From assembly GCA_046483495.1 (NCBI GenBank), contig JAWODC010000044.1, positions 96,001-160,000 of the forward strand: a stretch of 64,000 bases of DNA, read 5' to 3'. The DNA comes from Desulfobacterales bacterium (GTDB lineage Bacteria > Desulfobacterota > Desulfobacteria > Desulfobacterales > UBA5616). Positions 49,796 through 57,897 of the stretch are shown here, piece after piece. A model generated the notes under the pieces. That model was not told where the DNA came from, ran no database searches, and saw only the letters and a program-made list of their open reading frames with translations. Positions within the stretch are counted from its first letter, which is position 1, and every line of letters begins with the position of its first letter. A program made the translations under genes and the position numbers.

Positions 49796-50506
49796 TTATC
49801 CTTCCATTTCGGGCAGCCAAAAGGGACCGGTTTTCCCGATCTCCTGGAGCCTCGGGATAAAGCCCATCATGTATTCGGATAAATGTGAGAAGTAATCCGG
49901 ATCCAGCCTTCGTTTAAAAAAGTCCAACGAAAAAAGGGCAATGAGATCGGTAAGCGGGACGATACCGTCACGGGTGGACGGATCGAATTGGGCCCAATTG
50001 TTTAAATGTTCTTCCGACCGGAAGAAATGCATGGTGCTTCAGGCATACGGCATCTTCGCCATCCACTCCGGAAACGGCACCGATACATGCCCGATGATCT
50101 CCGCCGGTTGGGCGTCCTGCAGAACACCATCTTTCATTTCCACGTGAATGGGTTCACCGCAATCCAGGCAGGGAGAATCGATTTCGATCGTTTTTCCGGG
50201 GTACAGCCAGCTGACCGCCAGCGATTCGAACGCTCATTGTGCGAACCATTTCCGCTCCCCATCGATGGTGACGCTATACGGCGTCGGAAGGTTGTTGAAC
50301 GGCGCAAACGATACGATGATATCGGTTTCCGGGTAAAGCCATCCCGGAATGCCGCTGTTGAATAATTCGTGAAGGGTTTTGCGGCCTTCTTCAACGGAAA
50401 CCCCCAATTCCCGGGCAATTTCCGTATAGTGCGGTGCAACGCCCGTTTCCATCATTTTTTTTATGATGAAATGGAAGGTCCTGTTCAGGGTGGCGACATC
50501 ACTCAT
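49796..50506 (-). CDS. MerB (organomercurial lyase)-like selenoprotein with two in-frame TGA (Sec91, Sec156), 236 aa
   Basis: SD AAGGAGG and ATG at 50506. One frame reads ...KWFAQ-U-AFESLAVSWLYPGKTIEIDSPCLDCGEPIHVEM...MPYA-U-STMHFFRSEEHLNNW...; TGA at 50234-50236 and 50039-50041. Confidence 0.85.
50009..50026 (-). promoter_or_regulatory. Candidate bacterial SECIS for the second UGA
   Basis: UUCUUCC-GGUC-GGAAGAA, a perfect 7-bp stem starting 12 nt after the UGA. Confidence 0.7.
50206..50222 (-). promoter_or_regulatory. Candidate bacterial SECIS for the first UGA
   Basis: GCUGGC-GGUCA-GCUGGC, a 6-bp stem (two G-U pairs) starting 11 nt after the UGA. Confidence 0.5.
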
Positions 50507-51022
50507 GGCGGCACCTCCTTGGGTCAAATTATGGGATTGAAGTGACGTTCATTTCCGTCACGATGACGGGGCGGCATCGGCTTTTTCAGTTGTCGGTGTT
50601 CGAAGAACATGAATCCCGGTGTGATCGCAGCTGCCACAGGTTCTGGCTGCTAATTTCCTTAACACGTCGAATACAATTTCTCAATCACATTGTGCCGAAA
50701 ATGAAAAAAACAGCCGAATTGACTGTCTCTATCCGGGAATGAGAAAATTCGCTCCAATTCAAGCCGGCCGGGAAATCTTAACGCAGGAATACGTTGCTTT
50801 TTTTTTGAGGCTTAAAATTTCCGGACAACAAGGAAACGGATTGAACCAGCCATTTTGGAAGGAATCTTACTATCTTTTAAAGTTACTTTTAGTAATTTTA
50901 AGATAATTTTTTGCGATTTATATTTAAATATTGACAATAAACATTTTTTATGTCGGTTCGGTCTGTATCATCGGGCCGAAAGGTCTCCGGACAAGTCAGC
51001 CGGTTGCGTCAGAAAATTCGGC

Positions 51023-51772
51023 TCACCCATACACACTGGCGAACATGGGAAGCGGATCTGCGAGCCCACCGATGGAGGTGATGGGATATCGGAAGCCGAA
51101 TTTGGCCAGTTTCTTCATACCGGAAATGGATTTTTCCACCTCGTTCGGCGGCAGCGCAATAACCACCTCGTCGTCCGCGACCTGTCCTAGGGATCTTTCA
51201 CCGTAGCAGGGGACCGTAAACGCCGGTTCGTTGCTGATATAGCACTGCGACAGATGGTCGGAACAGGAGCCCTCGCCCACGAAATAGAACCGGAACCGCT
51301 GATGCGCTTCCTTTTGTATTCCGTTCATGACGAACATGATTTGAGCCGGATTCCCGTAAATCAACACGACATCCGGATCGAATTCCATACGGGTCAACGG
51401 CGAAAGCGCCACCCCCTCGCCGGCCGGTATTCGCGGACAGTCCTTCAGCTGGGCAACGGCTTCTTCCGGTGTTCCGACCCATGTTTTACTCAGCATTTTC
51501 GCCTCCGCCCGGATTTCTTCTTCCGTGGCATCGTGCAAACCATGGAACTGGGAACACCGCAACAGGAGCTTCTTGTCCTGGGTCACGCCCACGATCTGCC
51601 CCATAACCCGTGCCGCGAATATGGCCTGACAAAATGTATAAGGATGGTTAAAGCGGAACACATGCGCCAGTTTGTCCAGCGACTCGGCATCTTCGTATTT
51701 TTTGTATCCGATGGGGTCGGTTCTCAACCGCAGCATGTCCTTCAACGTTCGGCCGATCTCTTTCCATTCCAT
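51023..51772 (-). CDS. DUF169 family protein
   Basis: LRLRTDPIG, TFCQ, PDVVLIYGNPAQ, SCSD and PCYGER pattern. Confidence 0.82.
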   Translation of the reverse strand: MEWKEIGRTLKDMLRLRTDPIGYKKYEDAESLDKLAHVFRFNHPYTFCQAIFAARVMGQIVGVTQDKKLLLRCSQFHGLHDATEEEIRAEAKMLSKTWVGTPEEAVAQLKDCPRIPAGEGVALSPLTRMEFDPDVVLIYGNPAQIMFVMNGIQKEAHQRFRFYFVGEGSCSDHLSQCYISNEPAFTVPCYGERSLGQVADDEVVIALPPNEVEKSISGMKKLAKFGFRYPITSIGGLADPLPMFASVYG

Positions 51773-51853
51773 TTTTCTCTCCTTTTCACGTTTACTTATC
51801 TATTTATTGAACCGGAAATCGCCTTTTCCGGTTGATCACGACAAAGACGATTC

Positions 51854-52948
51854 TCACCGATCCAGTGGCTGTGCATCGCTTTCGAAATAGGCATGAAATT
51901 TTTTCGGCAGCCGCCGGTAATCGTACGAATCGATGTGTCGTGAAAAATCGACGGCATTATAGGTGTTCCAGAACAGCACGACAGAATGATTCGGGTCGCC
52001 GGATGCCGCCCGGTCGATCAATGCGGCCATTGCTTTTCCGGTGTAGGTACCTTCGAGATCGATCCCCTCGCTTTCTTTCAGAAGGCGGACGGCATTCATG
52101 CCCTGCTCGGTAAATTGCGCATACTGCTCACCGAAAAAGTCGTGGTGAAAACGGGTGTTCGTCGGTTCCGGTTCAATCGGTGGAAACGACGGGTCCATTC
52201 GGGCAATCCATTCGGCTGTCCCGGCAAACAACCGCGTAAACTTTTTTTCATCGGCATAGGTTCTATCGGTGACCCTGACACAATCCACCGTTGTGGACAT
52301 TCCGGCCGCTTTCAACCCCAGCGCCAATCCAACGGCGGTTCCCATGGTGCCCAGAGCGACGAAAATGCGGTCCGGTTTTGGAAGAAGCCCCGCTTCCACC
52401 TGGTTCCGGAGTTCAAAAGCCGCGTTCACATAGCCCAGCACCCCGATCCGTGATGATCCCCCGGGCGGCACAATATACGGAAGTCTACCCTGCCGTATTA
52501 GATGACTCGCCAACGTCAGCATAACGGGCAGACAGGCGGAAGCCGACGATCGGAAGTGGCGCAGCCGTGCATGGTGCGCGTGGCCCATCAACAGGTTTTT
52601 CCCGACATACCGTGCGTTCGGCTGCTCGAGCAAAATGGAAGTCGATTTGAACCCGAGTTTTTCCGCGTATATGGAAGTCGCCAGGGCGTGATTCGAACCC
52701 GCATATCCGAAGGTCAGAACGGATTTTTTCCGTTTCCGAAGCGCATCACCCAGAATGAACTCGAGCTTTCTAACCTTGTTTCCACCGTACACCTCACCGC
52801 TCGAGCCGTCGTGCTTAAGGTATAGGCCGTCCATCCCGAGGATATCGCCAAGACGGCGAAGGGGAATTACAGGAGTCGGAAAACCGCCTATGGGCACGTG
52901 CGAAACGCGATCGATTAATCGGGGAAACGCTTCAAACAGCGGCAGCAT
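51854..52948 (-). CDS. PLP-dependent D-cysteine desulfhydrase/ACC deaminase family enzyme
   Basis: PTP, YGGNKVRKLEF, GSNH, PPGGS and EGTYTGKAM. Confidence 0.9.
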   Translation of the reverse strand: MLPLFEAFPRLIDRVSHVPIGGFPTPVIPLRRLGDILGMDGLYLKHDGSSGEVYGGNKVRKLEFILGDALRKRKKSVLTFGYAGSNHALATSIYAEKLGFKSTSILLEQPNARYVGKNLLMGHAHHARLRHFRSSASACLPVMLTLASHLIRQGRLPYIVPPGGSSRIGVLGYVNAAFELRNQVEAGLLPKPDRIFVALGTMGTAVGLALGLKAAGMSTTVDCVRVTDRTYADEKKFTRLFAGTAEWIARMDPSFPPIEPEPTNTRFHHDFFGEQYAQFTEQGMNAVRLLKESEGIDLEGTYTGKAMAALIDRAASGDPNHSVVLFWNTYNAVDFSRHIDSYDYRRLPKKFHAYFESDAQPLDR

Positions 52949-53000
52949 GGTTCGCCTCTCTTTTGTTTTTTACGGGTTAGCCGGCAAAAAGCAACTGCTT

Positions 53001-54332
53001 CTATGTCGGCAGTTTGGCTCGGCGGTTGAACGCTTCCCAGGCTCGTTTATGGAGGAAACCGCGCTTTCCGTTCGGCCGGCTCTGTTTTACCTGGACCATC
53101 CATTTGTCTTCGAGAGCGGCGGCATATTGAAAGCATGCATGGGAAAACTTCCCCCTTTCATCTCTCTTTCGCCCTGCCGTTTTAAGCGCCTTTGTGAAAA
53201 ATTCCTGCTCGAAGGCCTCTCGCTCCCGGCAAAACAGGGTCGACCGGTTTTCGAAATCTTCCAGGACGGCGCGGTGAAAACGCTCGTGCCGCCAAAAAAG
53301 CGAGTGCGGGTCGTATACTCCCGTAGGGGTGGGACCGGTATCCGGCGGCTCTATGTCCGTCCACAACGGTTTGAATATGCCGGTGCAGGGCGCCGACGTC
53401 CCCGTCAAAAAATGGGTGGGGTGGTCGGGGTGCAGGTAAGATATCATGGAGCCGGTTGTCTGGCTTCCCCGTACCGGTCCGAAACAGGCGTGCATGCAAA
53501 CGCCGGCACCGGTAAGTCCCACATCCGGCCGTCTTTCGCCCTTACCCCGAATGTCGTGATCCCTGAGAATGGCTGCGGCCGACGAAATATCGATATTGCC
53601 GGCGACGTTTTCAAGCAGCAGTTGTGTTCGCCTTCTTCTGCTCCGGCAGTCACTCAATGGGGTATAAACAAAATCCGAATAGCACTTCAAAAAATGAAAA
53701 TTTTCCCGCTTTGCCGCCCATTTTCTTCTTAGGGCATACGCCACAAGATCCGGAGAGGCCATGTCCCACTCGCCGCCGATGGTCAGACCGTTCGAAATCG
53801 TATAAATGCCGTTTATTTTCTTTGCAGCCCAATGACGGTCTACGGTCTCGAGAAGCCATGCTTCCCGGGGATCGGCAACGATAAAGCTGTTGTGGTAAGC
53901 GATCGTTTTCGAAAAGCCGCAGTTCCCCCCCTGCCCGAACGTTTCAAGCAGTTCCGTCATCACACGAACGGCGCCTGCAGCCGACGTCGAGCGTTCGAGA
54001 CCCAGGCGTAGAAGGTCCATCCCGATCAGGGCGTTTTTCCTGCTCGCAGGCAGCTTTGAAAATATCGCCTCGTTCCCGATGGTCACCCCATGCTCGTTGG
54101 CGCCCATTTCCGCCCCCCATATCCAGAATGGTTTGGAAAGAAGCACGGCATGGGTATGAGGGACCTGGGGAATGTGGATGTACGTGCATGCCACCGTACT
54201 GCCGGGGGAATGATCTTCAGCGGGGATCACCTGGATCATTTGCGCTTCGTTGGGTTCGCGATCGGAATTTTTGGCAAAAACAGTCACGCCCGTCCGGGTG
54301 GCATCCCCTGTCGCAACGAATGTGTCACACAT
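53001..54332 (-). CDS. C69 family (secernin-like) dipeptidase, Ntn hydrolase
   Basis: N-terminal MCDT, AKNSDREPNE, WGAEMGANEHGVTIGNEA and GMDLLRLGLER. Confidence 0.92.
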   Translation of the reverse strand: MCDTFVATGDATRTGVTVFAKNSDREPNEAQMIQVIPAEDHSPGSTVACTYIHIPQVPHTHAVLLSKPFWIWGAEMGANEHGVTIGNEAIFSKLPASRKNALIGMDLLRLGLERSTSAAGAVRVMTELLETFGQGGNCGFSKTIAYHNSFIVADPREAWLLETVDRHWAAKKINGIYTISNGLTIGGEWDMASPDLVAYALRRKWAAKRENFHFLKCYSDFVYTPLSDCRSRRRRTQLLLENVAGNIDISSAAAILRDHDIRGKGERRPDVGLTGAGVCMHACFGPVRGSQTTGSMISYLHPDHPTHFLTGTSAPCTGIFKPLWTDIEPPDTGPTPTGVYDPHSLFWRHERFHRAVLEDFENRSTLFCREREAFEQEFFTKALKTAGRKRDERGKFSHACFQYAAALEDKWMVQVKQSRPNGKRGFLHKRAWEAFNRRAKLPT

Positions 54333-54341
54333 GGCGCTCCT

Positions 54342-54791
54342 TTACTCGCGCTCCCACACCAGCACGCCCTGGAATTTTTCGTCCCCGAATGCAAAGGGCG
54401 GGGTTTTCAATGTCAGCCGGTCTCCGTTGAATTCAAAGAACCTCACCTGGTCGGCTCCCACCCAATTTGGAAACAGGCTTCCCTCCACATGCGTGATCAG
54501 CCGTTGCTTTTCGAGATCCAATTCGAAAGGGCCATAATAGGCAATATAACCTTCAAACGCCGATTTTATTTCTTCGAAGGTGCCGTTCGAGGGATCTTCG
54601 GAAGCAAACCCGGGTCGTCCTTTTCGCATCAGCTGAGCGGACATGAATCCGGATCGAGAAAAAATCACCCGGCCCAGTGCATCGTCTCCAAGAGGGTGAA
54701 TCACCTCGCCCCCGGAGGTTCTGAATTCGGAAGCGATCAGCCGCCAGGATCCGGTAAACTGCTTGAAAATGGTGTCGTAATCGGTCTTCAT
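54342..54791 (-). CDS. Lipocalin-like domain protein
   Basis: GSWRL, GFMSAQL, YIAYYG, SLFPNWVG.DQ.R and LVWER. Confidence 0.85.
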   Translation of the reverse strand: MKTDYDTIFKQFTGSWRLIASEFRTSGGEVIHPLGDDALGRVIFSRSGFMSAQLMRKGRPGFASEDPSNGTFEEIKSAFEGYIAYYGPFELDLEKQRLITHVEGSLFPNWVGADQVRFFEFNGDRLTLKTPPFAFGDEKFQGVLVWERE

Positions 54792-54935
54792 CGGCAAGCT
54801 TTCATGTGAGGTTGGTGTGTGGCGGGGAAAGAGCGACCCCGTACCGGATTTCTGCAGTAATCACCATCAGGCGGGTAGCGTTTTCGGAAGTTTGCGGCGT
54901 CCGGTCCGCTCTTCCTTGAACCCCGAAAGTTGAAT

Positions 54936-55580
54936 TTATAAGTCTAGGTGCATAGAGGCGATTCCCGGGGTCCCGAAAACGTTTTCGAAATCCGGGTGGC
55001 TGTATTCCGTTACGTAGCGGAATCCGACTTTTTCATAGGCATTTTTGGCCGGCGTGTTCCCCAGGATATAACCGACCTGCGATGCTGCAAATCCCTGCCG
55101 TCGCCCTTCTTCGATAATTTCCTGAAGCAGACGGTTGATGATCCCCCGGCCCCGGTACTCGGGCCTTGTCGCGACCCATTCGAGATTCCAGCGCCCGTCA
55201 TGATACACATACTTGATGGAGGTCATCGGCGCGATTCTTTCCGGAATCGCCATCAGTTCAGATTCCGGCAGGTCCATTTTTCGAAACGCTTCCAGCATGG
55301 CCGGGGCAAGATTTTTGGGGCCGTACCGGCTGTTTTCAAAGGCGGCCAACGCCGCTGCGGGTTTTTGGTCCACCTCTGCAACGCGAAAACGGGTCCAATG
55401 GCCGAAGTGGATCGTCTCCGTATGGATCAGCGCACTGAGCTTTTCAAGGCGCTGTTCGTCCGGTCCGGGAAACGCAAGATCCCACATCCCGATAGGAAGA
55501 TGGGAGCGTGCCGCTGCCTGCATGACCCATGCAAGGAACGGGGCATCCGATTCTTTGGCCGGTCTGGTTTTTACCACCAT
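54936..55580 (-). CDS. GNAT family N-acetyltransferase
   Basis: VATRPEYRGRGI and NTPAKNAYEKVGF. Confidence 0.92.
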   Translation of the reverse strand: MVVKTRPAKESDAPFLAWVMQAAARSHLPIGMWDLAFPGPDEQRLEKLSALIHTETIHFGHWTRFRVAEVDQKPAAALAAFENSRYGPKNLAPAMLEAFRKMDLPESELMAIPERIAPMTSIKYVYHDGRWNLEWVATRPEYRGRGIINRLLQEIIEEGRRQGFAASQVGYILGNTPAKNAYEKVGFRYVTEYSHPDFENVFGTPGIASMHLDL

Positions 55581-55888
55581 AAGCGGGTTCTCCTGTCAGT
55601 GCTGTTATACAATGAAACGAAAGGTTCAAAAAGCAGGCCTTGGAAATTCAGGGGAAACGAAATTTTTTTTATTATGCCCTATTTGGAGAAAAACGTAAAC
55701 AGGTTTTTCCCGGCAGGTGTCGGCCGGCCACTCGCTTCCTGCGTTTGGCGTCAATTTGGACCAACGCTTTCATTCAGCTTTCGGCAATTCATGCCCTGTC
55801 TCGTCGCGCCCGTCGCGTTCGTCTCGCTTTTCCCGTCGGCGAATGGTCCAATCCGCTTGACTGTGAATTCCGAAACTTTCATTTATAC

Positions 55889-55917
55889 TTGACCGCGGTA
55901 TCCATTTATTCTATGTT
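55889..55917 (+). promoter_or_regulatory. Sigma70-type promoter for the IclR cluster
   Basis: TTGACC-17 nt-TATGTT. Confidence 0.55.
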
Positions 55918-55934
55918 CAGCTTTACCAAATTCA

Positions 55935-55951
55935 GTTCGATAATATCATAC
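55935..55951. promoter_or_regulatory. Candidate IclR operator (imperfect palindrome)
   Basis: GTTCGATAATATCATAC between the promoter and the iclR start. Confidence 0.3.
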
Positions 55952-55967
55952 AAATACCCAGGATCCA

Positions 55968-56729
55968 ATGAGCATTCAGTCCGTCGGCAGAGCACTGCAA
56001 ATCTTATCTTTATTTACCCATGAACAACCGCGGCTCGGGATCACGGAAATCAGCAGGGCAATGCATCTCCCGAAACCGACCGTTCACGGACTCGTTCAGA
56101 CAATGGTGAATTTTAAATTTTTAACCCAAGATCCGGAAACACGAAAATATTGCCTCGGCAGAAAACTGTACGAGCTCGGGTCCGTCTTTACCTCACACAT
56201 CAAAATAAACCAGGTCGGGACAATGTCGGCTCAGGAGCTGGCGGCCCGAGTGGGAATGGCGGTCAATCTCGCCATCTGGGATGATTCTTCGGTATTGATG
56301 ACATTTCGCGGGGCATCGAACTACCAAAATCTTCAACCCCGCCAATTCGCCTCCCGTATACCCGCCTACTGCAGTTCACAGGGAAAGGCGATTCTATCGT
56401 CGCTTCCCGACGACGCGTTGGTCGAATACCTGGACAGCACACGTCTGATAGCTTATACCCCGAATACCATTACGGATCGTGATAAACTAACCGCAGAGCT
56501 GCAGCACACTCGAAAACAGGGGTTCGCCGTCGATTGTGAAGAATACATTATCGGCATCTGCTGCATCGGGGCCCCTGTACTGGACAATACCGGTTTTCCT
56601 GTCGGCGCCGTCAGCATTTCCGGAAGCAAAGAGCAGATCTTCGGGGAAAAAACACATCAACTATCCTCGGATCTTATCAAGGCGGCCATGGAAATCTCAT
56701 ACCAAATGGGATATCTGCCGAGGATATAA
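55968..56729 (+). CDS. IclR family transcriptional regulator
   Basis: IQSVGRALQIL, HTH LPKPTVHGL, YCSSQGKA and YTPNTITD. Confidence 0.96.
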   Translation: MSIQSVGRALQILSLFTHEQPRLGITEISRAMHLPKPTVHGLVQTMVNFKFLTQDPETRKYCLGRKLYELGSVFTSHIKINQVGTMSAQELAARVGMAVNLAIWDDSSVLMTFRGASNYQNLQPRQFASRIPAYCSSQGKAILSSLPDDALVEYLDSTRLIAYTPNTITDRDKLTAELQHTRKQGFAVDCEEYIIGICCIGAPVLDNTGFPVGAVSISGSKEQIFGEKTHQLSSDLIKAAMEISYQMGYLPRI

Positions 56730-56769
56730 CCGAATAACCCTAAAACCCCCCAACGGGAGGATCCATGTT

Positions 56770-57882
56770 ATGCAAGTGTATGGCTCGAATGAATTAATGG
56801 AACACGTCCTGAAGAACGATCTGTGCATCGGCTGCGGGGCTTGTGTCGATCTGTGCCCCTATTTTCGAACCTATAAGGGAAAGACAGCCATGATCTTTCC
56901 CTGTACGATCACCAAGGGGCGCTGCCACGCCTTTTGCCCAAAAGCGGAATCGGACCTTTCCGAGCTGTCGTTGGCTGTTTACGGCAAGCCCTACGACGGA
57001 AGCCCACTCGGACACTATGAATCAGTATGGGTTGCATCCGCCGGCGAAACCATGCCCGTCGGGCAATTCCAGGCAGGGGGAACCGTTTCCGCACTGATGA
57101 CCATTGCCATGAAAAACAACATGATCGATGCCGCCGTCCTGACCGGACGCAAAGGATTGATTCCCACGGCCGAACTGGTCACCGAAGCGGATGCCGTAAC
57201 CCGTTTCGCCACATCCAAATATACTGCGGCACCAACCCTTTCCGCAGTTAACCGGGCGGCAAAAAAGGGATTGAATCGGCTCGGCGTGGTGGGGACTCCC
57301 TGCCAGATGACGGCTCTCGCCCAGATGAGCACCAATCCTTTCGATGAAGCCGATTTTCATGATCCCGTAGCGCTGAAAATCGGGCTGTTTTGTACGTGGG
57401 CACTGGATACGAGGCGATTGACCGCTTTTCTGAAAGATCGAGTGGATATTCCGAGCATCCAATCCATGGACATTCCACCGCCGCCGGCCGAAATTCTGGT
57501 GGTGAAAACGGAATCGGAAACGATTGAAATTCCACTGGACGAAATACGGCTTCTGGTTCCCGGCGCATGCGGGGTTTGTCCCGATATGACCGCCGAATGG
57601 GCCGATGTGTCGGTAGGGATCCTGGAAGGCGAACCGAAACGAAACACCCTGATCGTCCGGACGCAAACCGGAAAAAATCTCGTGGACGCCGCCGTCTCGG
57701 AGGGTTATCTGCAGTTATCGGATATGCCGGAAGAAAATTTGGAGCATTTGAAATCGGCAGCGGCAAACAAGAAAAAACGGGCGGTGGCAAAGGCGCTGGA
57801 AGACGGCCTGCTCAATCCGGAAAACGGCAGCCATGCCGTAATGCGAATCGAAGCGTCCGTTGTCGAACGGATTATTGCATAA
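56770..57882 (+). CDS. Coenzyme F420 hydrogenase/dehydrogenase beta-subunit (FrhB/FdhB)-like Fe-S flavoprotein
   Basis: CIGCGACVDLCP, QAGGTVS, SKY, VGTPCQ, IGLFC, CGVCPD and ADVSVG. Start trimmed to 56770. Confidence 0.88.
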   Translation: MQVYGSNELMEHVLKNDLCIGCGACVDLCPYFRTYKGKTAMIFPCTITKGRCHAFCPKAESDLSELSLAVYGKPYDGSPLGHYESVWVASAGETMPVGQFQAGGTVSALMTIAMKNNMIDAAVLTGRKGLIPTAELVTEADAVTRFATSKYTAAPTLSAVNRAAKKGLNRLGVVGTPCQMTALAQMSTNPFDEADFHDPVALKIGLFCTWALDTRRLTAFLKDRVDIPSIQSMDIPPPPAEILVVKTESETIEIPLDEIRLLVPGACGVCPDMTAEWADVSVGILEGEPKRNTLIVRTQTGKNLVDAAVSEGYLQLSDMPEENLEHLKSAAANKKKRAVAKALEDGLLNPENGSHAVMRIEASVVERIIA

Positions 57883-57897
57883 AACAAGGGGGAAAAC

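Noticed and set aside
49796..50527. Treating 50234..50527, 50134..50439 and 49796..50032 as separate small genes or a decayed pseudogene
   Set aside because: The first and third are in one frame with an open linker. Both interruptions are TGA at catalytic Cys columns, each followed by a hairpin. 50134..50439 is an off-frame shadow.
50931..50970. Orphan + strand promoter (TTGACA) in the AT-rich spacer
   Set aside because: There is no acceptable -10 at 16-18 nt spacing and no + strand gene downstream.
51023..51025. DUF169 TGA stop as another Sec codon
   Set aside because: The protein appears full length, another stop follows within nine codons, and no comparable hairpin was seen.
51854..52948. 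ACC deaminase (acdS) assignment
   Set aside because: It has Thr (YTGK) where true ACC deaminases have Glu (YEGK).
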